From Tricharina praecox (lineage: Eukaryota), in NCBI RefSeq assembly GCF_024521635.1, contig NW_026250403.1, positions 806,001 through 870,000 of the forward strand: a stretch of DNA of 64,000 nt, written 5' to 3'. Shown piece by piece: positions 49,505-61,700 of this stretch. Numbering within the stretch: position 1 is the first letter of the stretch; the number at the start of each line of letters is the position of its first letter. The position numbers and the translations under genes are program-made. The notes under the pieces are model-generated. The model saw nothing but the letters and a program-made list of their open reading frames with translations, had not been told where the DNA came from and did no database searches.

Positions 49505-52500
49505 ATGACCCGCCACCATAACATTGCCTTCCGTCTTCCTCCTGATGGCGATGTCCATTTTAGCACTGGCACTGGCCGTACTGCTGCTGCTGCTGTCGCT
49601 GCTGCAGGCGAAGCCAGTACTGCGGCTTCTGGAGGAGCCCCGTTTCCTGGCCGTGGCCGGAGAGAACCAGACGATGCAGATTGCGGGCGGGGATCCGTCC
49701 CGGTTCCTGACCATCGTTCTTTTCCTGACCGACGCCGTCCACGTCACTCTGCTGTCCCTTTCCACAGAGTCCTCCAGCACGGCTATCGCGACGAAACAGA
49801 AACAACACAGCAGCAGAAGAAGAAGCATCCTCTATTGTCCCACAAACTCGTGGCGCTCGTCCCCCATGACACCCTGCCACTGAGTCCCAGTAGAAATATC
49901 CCACCACGTCTCTTCGGCGCCGCCGGGAGAAGTGGCATCAACAACAACCGCCAGGAAATCCTCCCGCCATCGAATCCCGAGATTGATCCACCAACTTTAT
50001 CCTCCCTCACGTCTGTGAGCGAGTCCGACGATTCGGAACGACTCCGGAAACTCCTCCGCACCCGCCATCCGCTATTTCGCAGCCGACCCGCCGTTCTCGC
50101 AGGCGTTGAAGTAGAAAACCTCGCTTCTTCGAAAGGGGACGCCTTTCGCGATCAGCAGAGGCTCGCCGCAACGGCCCATCGGAGCCGATCCGTCGTCGCC
50201 CCATCCTCCTACTCCTCCTCCGTCACCGCCTCCGAAATGATACGAAAACGAGTAGCGACTGGGGAGGAGTTGTTTGTCACGCCCGCGGATCCCACCTCAC
50301 CGGCGTTCGAAACGGAAAGGCCGAACAGCGCCGGCGGCATGGCGGGCATAAACGGGTTCCGCGACTTCGCACCGCGCCCACGGAACGAGTATGTCCCGCC
50401 GAAGGCTCCTGACGATAGCGCTCGGAGGGAGAGGGAGCGGGAAAGGGAGCGTCTGCGAGAGGAGGCGGAACTGGCCGAAAAGTTACGAAAAAAGGAACTT
50501 AAGGGTCGAACCAGCAAAGCGAATCGGGAATTCTTCGGGCGAAAAGCATCGACACCGGGCAAGGACAAGCACGGCGATGGCGAATGGGCTTCCCCGAGTC
50601 CCGATGGCAGGGCGTCGGAAGAGGCCCGGAGACCAGGAGGTGTCAAATCAACCCTGCCTCGCCGGACATCCAGCTTGAGTTTGAAATCCAACAGGGAGGG
50701 CGAGCCTCTTTTCCATGGCGTGCAAAAGCGAACTGACGGACGCTCGACTCGCTCCCCCGCCAGTACTCGAGACGCTCGTGATGCAATCCGGGAACCGCGG
50801 CCGACGTCAGCGGCGTCGGCAGCGTCGGCAACGTCGGCAACCAGCGCGTCGAGTGTCGAGCGCGAGCGACGAAGGACTCTCACATCACCCGGCATCCCCA
50901 AACACTCGAGGATCCCAGCTTCTGCAAGCCCGTCGGTATCGCGACCGGGCTCGCAACAAGACCGTCGCACGGCTTCCACGATCTCGTCCGCCACCGAACG
51001 GCGACCACTGCGCAACCCTCCCTCTTCGGGCTCGTCCGTCAGCCGCTCATCCGAGTCCTCATCGCAACGCGGCGGTTCCCAACACGGTCGCAGCGAAAGC
51101 CATCCCAACCCCTCGCTACACGTCGAAAAGAGAGCGATCCCGAAGCCGTCGCCCGTGGGCGGGAGAGGATCACATGCCTCCCACATGAGGAGATCCGAAA
51201 GCGTTCCGTCGACATCGTTTTCGATGCCGATGCCAGGGTCGAATGGTTTCAGCCGCACACCGAGCCTCAAGACGGACAAGTCGAGCGAGGGTTCGGAGAA
51301 AGCAGGTGACGTCGATGTCACGCCCTCGGAGCTAGGCGACGACGACGATGACGATGACGACCGTCCCGATATGGACTCACCCTCGGTGCGCAAGATGCGT
51401 GGCAACTCGATCGATTCCTTCCTTGGACTCGATTCCAAACAGACCACAGCAGCAAACACGGCCGCTATACTCGATACGCTTTCACCAATCGACACCAACG
51501 CAATGCCCGTGTCCAATTCGGACGACAGCAAACTCGAGGAGCCGATTTTGAGCCCCACTTTGAGTGACTACGGACTCGCAAGCTCCGGTTCCTCCGAGTC
51601 TCCGCTCTACGATCGCTCGACCGGAAAACCGAAGACATTCCCGAAACCCAAGAGTGCGCTTGAAGACGACGACGACGACCTGACCCCTCTCGAGGAATTG
51701 CAACGGAAGGACCGCGAATACCAAGAACTCCTCAATCCATCAAAGAACGACGATGAAGAAGATACCTACCAGCTGCTTGGCGGCAGCAGGCAGTACGAGC
51801 CCATCACGAACCGGCCCGTCCGACCCAAGGCGGAAGCGGCAGCTGGCGACAGGAAGAGAGATCGGGAAAAGAACGCGCACGAGCAGCTCATGAACCGATT
51901 GAAGACTCTCCACATGGAGCTCAGGAGCGCACGCAGGGGCATCGACTACATCGAGCGGCGGTTGAACGGTGTCGGATCGAGCGACGAGGGCGAGTGGGTG
52001 GACGATGAGGACGAACCGTCAGAGGGCATTGTAACTCGCATCAAGGCTGAAGAGCTCAGACAACGCCAACGATTGAGAGCCGAGCAAGCTGAAGCTGCTG
52101 CTGCTGCTGCTGCCGCCGCTGTCGAACCGGAAGTGCTGCGTCCCTATGAGCCGTCGACGGTCGTGAAGGTGGGAACAGTGGGGTGCCAGCTCGCCCTGCT
52201 GTGGTTTTTGCTGGAGATCTATTTCTTGTAAGTTGACAGCTAGTCAGGTCACTCCCCACCCACCCCGCAGAACGAAGCGAGCTAACGTGATGATCAACAA
52301 CAGCTACAAAGCCTTCCCGCCGTCGATATCGTCTACGCCCGTATACTCCGCCTCCATCCCGACCTTTGGCTCGCAGGTCGTCCACACCGTGACCGACAGC
52401 TTCGTCTCTCTGTTCCGGGGAGTTTTTGTCGGCTCCTTCGGCGCCATCTTCACGATCCTGAGCTTCTTCGCGGCCGTCATCGCCAAATTCACTGGCCTCT

Positions 52501-52601
52501 TCGGCGCAGTACCCTCGATGTGGCCTGCCCGATCATCTTCCACTGCCGAATACAGTATCGGACCGAGTGCTGTCCCTACGGGAGCAGAATTTGCTATCTG
52601 A
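49505..52601 (+). CDS. Large disordered Ser/Arg-rich protein with a C-terminal coiled coil and TM segment(s); 2 exons (intron ~52228-52302); start codon uncertain
   Basis: 908-codon ORF. Coiled coil HEQLMNRLKTLHMELRSARRGIDYIERRL and hydrophobic CQLALLWFLLEIYF. The intron GTAAGT..GCTAAC..CAG continues in phase into a second hydrophobic stretch, VFVGSFGAIFTILSFFAAVIAKF. Confidence 0.82.
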
Positions 52602-53271
52602 CAATGCAGAGAGAATGAGAGTGTGAGAGAGTGCGCGAGCGAGAAGTTGACTGACTGGCGGTATTATTTTGGGAGAATTGGTCGGTGTTGGAGTTTACGG
52701 CGAGGGTTTTCTTTTCCTGTTTTGCTGTTTTTTTTTTTTTTTTTTTGTTTTATGAGACCGCACGAAACATGGGGTACTTTTTTGCAATTGTGCTCGATTA
52801 ATCCTCCATGCCTATCTATGCTGCGTGTTGTTCTGTGTCTTTGATTCTTTGCCCCTACCTATTTCTTTTCCTCTTCTTGATACCACTACTACTATACCTA
52901 CTCTATGCTACGCCTTGTATGATTTCCATTCTTCTTCTTCTTCTTCTTACTCTTCTTCTACTTCTGCTTCACACTTCTTGTCTTATCACCATAGCATTAT
53001 CACTCTACTGCTGAGTGGAATTAGTATTCATTCATCTGTATTCATCTGTATCTTCAAAGTTCAATTCAATTCAAGGAAGTTATCCATCCTCACCTGAGTT
53101 ACCTCTGCCGCTAGGCAGTATAGTACCGTAACTGCATCACGTGCCAACCCATCTGTATCCATCCCACGCACCCACCCAGCACCCATCCAACCCACCTCAC
53201 CCTCCCACCCACCCAGCACCCACCACCTTCCCACCCACCCACGACCCTCGCACCCACACACCACTCACTCA

Positions 53272-54315
53272 ATGTCAAACCCCTCAACCCTCTACGGCGC
53301 CCCGCGCCCCAAAAACAAGCCTATACCACTCTCCTCGTCGTCGATCCACGCACTATCCACCGAGCTCGCCGCCGCGCGCTCCGCCCTCTCGCGCACCGAA
53401 AATCCCGCGCCCGCGCGTGCGCGCGCGCGCACGAACGGATCTTCCGCCACTTCGAAGACGGCCGCGTTGTTCGCTGGGCATAACAGGGGCGTGGAGGGGA
53501 GGGCGAAGCGCGACGCGGCGGGGGCGGGGTGTGAAGTGGTCAGGACGGGGGCGGGGGAGGGGGAGGGGCCGAGCGAAGGAGAGCTACAGCGCAGTCGGAA
53601 AAGTTTACTGCTCAAGGCGCGGCGGTACCGAGCTTTGCAGCGCGGGGGGGAGAGCGCTGACGCGCTCGTGGATTTCGACCGGAAGTGGGGTGAGGAGGGG
53701 AGTGCGGACTCCTCGTCCGACGACGATGGGGATGGCGGGGACGACGACGGGGTTATGGTGGAGTACGAGGATGAGTTCGGCCGGACGCGCACGGGGACGC
53801 GGGGCGAGGCGGAGCGGGAGAAGAGGCGGATGGAGGTTGCGCGGGTGGTGCAGGAGAGTGTGAATGATGGAGCTGGGGCTGGAGCGCGTCCCCTGCCGCC
53901 ACAGGGCGTCATCTACGGGAATAATATACAGACACGGGCGTTCCATACTCCGCTGTTTAGCTCTGTGCCGACGAGTGAGGAGATGCTTGCTGCGCGCGCG
54001 GAGAGGGAGGAGGTGCAGGGCGACGTGGAGACGCATTATGATGCCAGTAAGGAGGTGCGCACGAAGGGGGTGGGGTTCTTTCAGTTCAGTAAGGACGTGG
54101 AGGTGAGACGGGAGGAGATGGAGGAGCTCGAGAAGGAACGGCAGAGGACGCAGGCGGAGAGGATGGAGAAGGAGGGGAGGAGGAAGAGGAAGCGCGAGGA
54201 GCTCGAGAAGAGACGGGAGCAGATCAAGGCGAAGCGCAGGGTCAAGGTCGGCGGGTCCTGGCTGGATGATCAGTTTGGCGATTTGCTGGGCGGCGACGGC
54301 GAGGGTGCGGCTTGA
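53272..54315 (+). CDS. CCDC174/DUF4078-family protein, intronless, 347 aa
   Basis: Family-typical motifs ELQRSRKSLLLKARRY, VEYEDEFGRTR and HYDASKEVRTKGVGFFQFSKD...REEMEELEKERQRT. Confidence 0.87.
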   Translation: MSNPSTLYGAPRPKNKPIPLSSSSIHALSTELAAARSALSRTENPAPARARARTNGSSATSKTAALFAGHNRGVEGRAKRDAAGAGCEVVRTGAGEGEGPSEGELQRSRKSLLLKARRYRALQRGGESADALVDFDRKWGEEGSADSSSDDDGDGGDDDGVMVEYEDEFGRTRTGTRGEAEREKRRMEVARVVQESVNDGAGAGARPLPPQGVIYGNNIQTRAFHTPLFSSVPTSEEMLAARAEREEVQGDVETHYDASKEVRTKGVGFFQFSKDVEVRREEMEELEKERQRTQAERMEKEGRRKRKREELEKRREQIKAKRRVKVGGSWLDDQFGDLLGGDGEGAA

Positions 54316-55148
54316 GACTGGCGGTTGTACGTCTACATACTTGTTTACGGAGTTGGGGCATCTGGGGAAGGCGTTTTGTATTTGTATTTGGTCCCGCTGG
54401 TATAATGTCATGATCCCGAGCTACACAGCTCCATCACACAGCTCCATCATTCCGCATTGCAACTTCCTCCTTCGTTGATGTTGTATCAATTACCACATAT
54501 ATTACTGCCAGTACAGATTCAGCATTGAGTTTATGGTAGCAAAACATTGGGCTGGGAAACAAACCCATGGTCTTCGCCATCTTCTTAGAGCTGGAGTTGA
54601 AGAGGGAAGGAGAGCATTGTGCATTCATTTCGTCCGGGTGCATGAGAACTTGCAGGTTAGGAACCGGGTGGTCATAGATGCTCACTCGCGCCGAGTCAAG
54701 GTCGCTATTTGTGCACGGGATTTTTGGGGTTTCTGTGTAGTGGGATGAGAATGATAATCTACTATATATAGGATGGGTGCAGTTTGGTTCACATTCCCTC
54801 TCCATCCTGCTATACAAAGTAGGTAAGTAAGGTGAGGGTGTTTCTGTTAAGAGAAAGTTGATCATGATTTACGGAAGTCGCTCGGCGCTCGTTCATGCGG
54901 TGATTCCCACCCAAACACAAGCAAAACCCCATCTGATCTCCTCGAACTCATCCTAGGTACTCATATAGGCGCGATCGTATTCATGGCTTTGTATATATAA
55001 GATCGCACTCAATATTTCAAATAGTGGAAACACTACCGTAGTTAACGGCCCGCGTTCCCCATCCATGTCACGACCCCGAGACCCGAGTTGTAGACCCGAG
55101 CTATAACCCGAGCTACAGCTCCGCCATGGCTACAGCTCCCGAGCTCCA

Positions 55149-55444
55149 CTACTTCGCCCCGCACCCACCCCCACAACCTCCGTCACCGCCGCACCCGCCG
55201 CCGCATCCGCCACTGCTACTACAGTACACAAGAGTCAGCGTCTAGTTGACAGCCTCAACACGGAGGGAGAGAGGGAAACAAACCCGTCCGTAGCCCCCGT
55301 CGCACCAGCCCACCCGCCGTCATGAGTGTGACCGCCCCAAGCCGTCGCCGCCGACGTCGCCATATGGCAACCAGTATGGCTATGCTTCGCCACGGCGGCC
55401 TTCGTCTGCGTCTTTTTCTTGGAGCTGAAGATGGAGGTGAACAT
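55149..55444 (-). CDS. 76-aa His/Gly/Cys-rich microprotein, 2 exons (55444-55284, 55218-55149)
   Basis: CACAATG start context after an AC-rich leader. The intron GTTTGT..GCTGAC..TAG is phase 2. Product: MFTSIFSSKKKTQTKAAVAKHSHTGCHMATSAATAWGGHTHDGGWAGATGATDGSSGGCGGGCGGDGGCGGGCGAK*. Confidence 0.68.
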
Positions 55445-56132
55445 TGTGCTTTCCGATTTCGTTTCTTGTGGGTGGGTTTTCGTGTTGCGGGTCGTGTTGA
55501 GGTCGTGTTGAGGTCGTGGGCGCGTGTTTATGTAGAAGAGGAGGAGCTGGACGAAGAGGAGGGTGTCAACAGGGATCCGAGCTCGAGGAGGGGGGTGCAT
55601 TGGGCTTGATAAGTACCCGCCGCTGCACCCTGCCCTGCCCTGGCCGGCGCGTGACCTGATGCGTAACGTACCGTAGAATACGTGCTCGTGCTGGTTATAC
55701 ATAGAATGCGAGTGAGCGCGTTTTGATGGGATAAGTATAGCCAACCATGGGATTTGCGGGTTGGTTCATGGGTTGGTTCATGGGTGGTCGCTCAAGATAG
55801 TACCTATGGTAGAAGTTACTGTTCGTAGGCCGAATTTTGAGGTTTCTAGAAGGATGAGAATGATACAGGATTGCATGGGTGCCATTTATATCCGCTCTCC
55901 ATCTAGTAAACACGGTGATGATGCTTCTTCTTGAAGAAAGTCAACCATGAAGGTTACTCGTTCACGCGCACGTTCTCGGTAGATAATTCTTAAGCGTCCA
56001 TACCAAGCAAAACTGTATTTCCTCGAATCCACACTATAGGCAGTCTTTTTCAAAGCTTGTACAGTAATAATATGCATTTTTTCAAACGGTAGAAACACGA
56101 ACGGCCAACCTTCCCCTGTTCGTCTCGCATCC

Positions 56133-58772
56133 TCAATCGTAATCATCAGCGAACATATCTTCCGCCTTCGGTCTCTTCCGCTTAGGTCCCGCACCCGCCG
56201 CAGTCCCGCCAATCTTGAATCCCGCCATACCCCCGAACCTGGGAGTAGGAGCAGGAGGCTTCTCTTCTTCCTTACTTTCTTCCTTCTTCGGTTCATCCTT
56301 CTTCGGTTCCTCCTTTGGTTCACCCTTCTTTGGCTCCTCGACGACAATTTCCTCCGGTGGGTCATATGGATCCGAGTCCTCAACCATAGCCTCATCATCA
56401 ACATCGTCGTCATCCTCCACCATCGGTTCGCCGTCCACGTCGTCGTCGTCATCGACCATAGGCTCACCGTCCACATCGTCATCATCATCCGCGACCGGCA
56501 GCGGCTGCGCCTTAGGATCGAAAACACTCGGTGTAGCCTCGACTGTTTTCCAACGGCTCTTGGTAGCCGCGGTGGACTGTGGTGCTGCTGTGGCCGTAGC
56601 CGTGGGTGTGTGGGAGCGTGATTTTTGTTCCTTTGAGGAACCGGAATCCTTCTTTTCTGGTCCACTCAGAAAAGCCTCCAGGAACGCGTCGTATGTAGCC
56701 TGTGGAAATATGCACCATTTCTTTACTCCTATCAGTACTCGGTGTAAAATATGATTCATTGCGAGAACCTACCTCCCAACCTTCCAGCACGCCCTCGACC
56801 ACCATTCGTCGGAATTTCTCGGCTTTCATGCGGCCCCAACCACTTTCACGGTAGATCTCGCCGAGGTGAGAAAACACCTTTCGTTCTCGGAGTGCAGTAT
56901 CGAAAAGTTGGCGATATCGCCACGCGGCGCGGACGCCGAGTGATGAGTTGGAGAGCACGTCGGAGATGATCCACAGCCCTACGATCTTGGCAGATGATGT
57001 GTCGGGCTGGTCGTCCTTCTCCTTTTCGGCACCAGAGTCCTCAGAGCTGGAGTCGCGTTTTGCCGCCTTAGTGAATGCAAGCGGTTTGAGCACATTGGAG
57101 ACGAGGATGTCGACTACTTCTTCACCCATGCCGCCTTCTGCATGTTCCATGGCGAACGCCATCACTCGTCCAACATCCCCCCGGCGGACCTTGCTTGTAG
57201 TTGTGGGCACGCGGCTGATGAGATGGACAAGTTTTGCACGCTCGAGCACGCCAAGATAGCCCCTCGATTTCTTTCCTTCACCGCCAGCAAGACCAACGGG
57301 CCGATCATCGTGATTACCATCGTCGCTGTCGTCCTCATCCAGCTCATCACTCATGAAATCGTAATCTTCCACCACGTCGTCGAGACTGCCGGCCCATTCG
57401 TATTTTAATGGCTTCTTCGGCGGCACCCATACAGCGCTGGACGAGTCGAAGATGTCGACGGTAGGAGTGTACGGCTTGTCGATAGAGAAGCCCGTGACGA
57501 TCTCCCATAGCTTCCAACGATAGTAGACACCCGCCGGGCTCCGTGCGTCCCATAGCCACGCAAATTTAGGGTCATTGCGGACTTCATCTTTCGACATCAA
57601 GAGTGCCTCGAATTCGGTCCCGTGAGTGAGAAGTGCCTCGATCGTGCCGTGAATAAGCCTCAAAACCTTGAGGTCCTGCGGAGGATGCACATGAACCTGT
57701 AGATGACCGGACTGCGATTGCTGCTGCTGCTGTGCTCGACCTGGGGGCCCAAACGAGGGTGGAGGCGCAAAACGACCACGATGGGAACCGCCCCGAACGC
57801 TCGGGGCGGCCCGAGGTGCCTTGGCACCGAATGGATGCGATTGTGCTGAGACGATGGGGATTCCTGTGGCCGCGCTTCCGGTAACGGCGGATGACAGGTG
57901 CCGCACGATACCGAGCCAGAAACCGTAGCCAATGTACTGCCCATTCAACGATGAGACGGCGGCCTCAATGTTGGAGACCGGTGTGTCCTGCGAGAGGGTG
58001 ACGAGTGCAGAGGCGGCCTTGCGTACCGACGGTGAGGGTTGCGACGGACCCGGCGGCGGCGGTGCGGGGACGACGCGAATCGAATCAATCTTCAGCGAGG
58101 TAGTCGCGAGTAGATCGGTAATTGCGGCCTTGGTGATGTTTGGAGGGAGCGACGAGAGGAGGAGGGTCGGCTTCGGGTGCGGGGCTACTTCTGTATCTAC
58201 AAACACAATTAAACTTCCCGACACCGATCGATGGGCGCACATCGCATACCTGAATCTTCGTCTGCGACGTATCGTTCCCTCCGCTTTGAAGGTCCCGAGT
58301 TCTCAAACGCCAGTAGGCCCGAACTTCCGTCCTTCAGTCTTCTCTTCTCATGGTCCGTCAGTGTCGCTGACGACGACGATGATGCTGCCGCCGCCGAACC
58401 AAAGATCCCGCCCTCCTCTTCGTCGCGCTCAAATGCATCACCAAGATTCCGTTTCCTCAGTGGGGGCGGCGGCACACCACCCAGACCCCCGCGCCCACCC
58501 GAAAAATGTCGTCTCCCCGGCGCGCCGCTACCTCCTACTCCTCTGAATCCCGCGCCGCCGCGTCCGTGTCCCCCACGGAATGAAGAAAGCGCAGGTCCAT
58601 CGGGCGGGCCCTCGTCAAACGAGGCGACAAAATCTTTGTATACCGCGGCGGTCTCGGCTTCCTCGCGTTTACGCTTCTCTTCGGCTTCCACACGCGCTTT
58701 CTCGAATGCGGATTTCTTGGATGGCGCGCTGAGTTTATCGCGGACGTTTGGAAACTGGTGTGGATTCGACAT
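56133..58772 (-). CDS. U2 snRNP-associated SURP-motif protein (SR140/U2SURP-like), 3 exons
   Basis: N-terminal KKSAFEK...AETAAVYKDFVASF, then an RRM-like segment (TLLLSSLPP), SURP (HGTEFEALLM...FAWLWDARSPAGVYYRWKLW) and CID (LWIISDVLSNSSLGVRAAWRYRQ). The tail carries DDVDGEPM repeats. Introns at ~58249-58197 and ~56772-56713. Confidence 0.9.
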
Positions 58773-61700
58773 GGTGCCGTGTCGCGGTCGCGGTTGAAGG
58801 AAAGTGGATGTGGAAGTGGAGGTTTGAAGCCTGTGCAGCTGCTAGGTGCTGAGGTTGGTTCCGTGTCGCGTGTGGCTGTGGTGGCTGTGCGACGCCGCTC
58901 ATGAGCTAATACTCGCCTTTTCGACCAGCAAGCATTTCCAAAGTGGCCTTCTAGACCACTGCCCCCGTCAAGGCCAGTATCTACAGATTGCTTCATTCGA
59001 GTATACACACCATCCATAACCAGCAGAATGCGGCTATCCAGGCCGAATAGAGCAGACATTCGTACCATTAGAAGCCATGACACCCAAAAACCTCCCCGCA
59101 GCTCTCCCCGATTTTCCACTCAGTCCGTGTGGGTCCGGTACTACGAACGGACGTCAAAGTAACCAGCATTCCTGCAAGTCACACGATTGCACTCTTCCTA
59201 CAAATGTGCACTTACGTACTATAGCCGCCGCCGTCAAAGACAGGTACCGTAGTTGTCACAGCCACCTCCCTTCTCTCCAGAATCCACTGAGTCCACCGAT
59301 GCCGAGCTAACTATCCGTTTCTCCAGCGAACGGGCATCGACGCATTATTGCAACTTGTGCCCCCTTGCACTGCCCCACACCTTCAGTTTCAGCATCGAAA
59401 CGTCCACACAACGCGAAGAGGGATTCGCGAATCGCCGGCCTGGATGCTTCTATGATCGGAATGGCAGCACCGGCGCCCTCAAAGATCCACTTACCCTGCA
59501 AGAAGAAAAGAGGGAAAAAATGTGGCCGTTCCCATTGCTGGTTGGGTGAGGGACACCAGCTTGCACTCGCCTCTTCAGCTCATGTGAACGATTAGGTAGA
59601 TATCTCAAACACTCAACAGGGGGTTCCGCATCCCCCCTCTCCCTCCCCCTCCGATAACCGCTCAGGGCGGTGCTTATGTACACACCCGCAGCTCGATCAC
59701 CACTTCCGCATCCACACGAAACCAGCTCGATCACCACACACAGCACGCTCTTCCCCCGAGTATATATTCGCTTCGGGGACGACTACCTCGAGCCGAGCAC
59801 GGTCCCGAATTCGCCGCCGGGAAATAGGGACTGCACCCGAAGGTCCGGCCTCCCCGACGCCCGGGATCATTGCTTGTTTTGGCTATTGACACTTTGGAGT
59901 CGGGAGGGAGGGAGGGAGGGATCGGCGTGCTCGGATCGAACCAGCAGGAAAAAAGGGAAAAATTGCCCATCCAGCGCCGCCGTCGCCGCGAAGGGAAGCT
60001 TTACACGCAGCCTTGGCCGTGGAAGCACCTAGGTGGCCATTCGCCCACTGGATAAGTATCGTCATTTTGATCACCGGTACTCAAGGTGAGACGTTGACGG
60101 GGCGGGCTTCTGTGTGGTTACCGATGCATACTTGTACATATTGGATCTCGGCTGAATTGCTCGTGATCCCCCCTTCTCTCCTCACGGAACTGCAAGTGTA
60201 TGTACAGTTGTATGCAGACTGTAGTTTGTGCGCTCTCGCGCTGTGGTACCTACATGCCAGAATGACATCTGTCGAAGCGGGAGCGGGAGCGGCAGAGTTG
60301 AAAGGTCGATGGCTATGTATCCAGACGGACAGCGCCCCGCTGTGGGTACTTACTACCTATATGCTTCTATTAATAGATGACCGGCCATGGATGAGAGGTA
60401 CGCGTACATACCCAGGTCCTACTCGGGACATCCGCATGGTATGTCACTCGGACGGTCGACGCTCGGAGCTCGGAACTCAACCGAGAGCTGAGGATTGTGG
60501 CAATGTATGTACATATGCGCTAGGTATTCCGGCAACATGGTCGTCATGCGGGATTACCCTCATAGTTACTGAATCGTGGAGGACAAACCGTGATGTACTT
60601 ACATACCGGTAGTTAACTACGACTTCCACGGCGTGTACATTAGGCTCCTATGCGAGAAGCACCTGTTATTTTCTCTCTCTCGCAGAGACGACGGAAATCA
60701 AACATCCCTGGCCTGACGACAAATGATCGACATATAGAGTACGGTTATTTACTCTACTAGTAGATAGTTCTTTAGTCGTCGGCCCATATTCTGACACTCT
60801 TGTGGGCTCGGGGTAAATATGCGGGGTTCTCTTCCAGGGGGTGTGGGTATTGTCATCACGGGCATCTACTATATTGTAATCTCTCCCTGTCACGCCTCCC
60901 ATCTAGGTACTTCGGCAACGCCGAAAGCCCTACGAGTTTCCGGCTGCTTAGGATTCAGGTCAAGCACATCGTTTGTGTTTCCGGCAGCAAGTAGCCCGAC
61001 TCCATAAAGTTTCCATATATCTAGCTCAAGGGAAGGGAGGGACGATGTTTGCAACGGGTCGGACGGGCCAGAGATCCCGCACAGCGGTATGGCTAACTAC
61101 TATACACATGATCAGCATCCGGACATGACGCAACGCCGTCGTTTCCCGGCCGATTGATCCACAGAAATCTTTGCGCAGCTTGCAGTGCGGTTGCTAGGGG
61201 GTGAGGATACCGGTACCGGCTGGTGGTGATGGTACTCGGTGCCGGGGGATCGCGGATGGGTTGTGGACCGTGGTTGCCGTAATCGGTGGGATGGGAGCAC
61301 CATGGCAAAACATTTACCCAGCGTGGCCATGGTTAGGTGCCCAGGTATTTCCCACGGCGGAGTCCATGCTCACAGCTGGGCCGCCGATTTTATGTATCTA
61401 CCGGTATGTATGTGCTTTGCCATCGTCTCCGGTACAACAGCACAGAACCATGGAAACATCAGTATGTACGGGATCTTGCAGACAATCCCATACATAGCAA
61501 GGCGGTACATACCTACCAAAAGAACGTTGAATCCCGCTGGACGGATATTAGTATGTAGACTATCGTATCACGGCATCGAAACCACACGGACATAGGTATT
61601 CTGACAGTCTCGATGCAATGTACTTTACCAGTATGTAACTACTATTATTGTGTTTCAATATGGCAACACCAGTGCAATTATCACCGCCCCGTTGAACTAT

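Noticed and set aside
49524-49883. Overlapping alternative-frame ORF with a signal-peptide-like Leu run
   Set aside because: The Leu run derives from a (CTG)n repeat, and there is no independent evidence of coding.
50209-51558. Long antisense ORFs (also 20613-21290, 31556-32320, 53605-54411, 17640-18194)
   Set aside because: These are shadow ORFs opposite GC-rich real genes.
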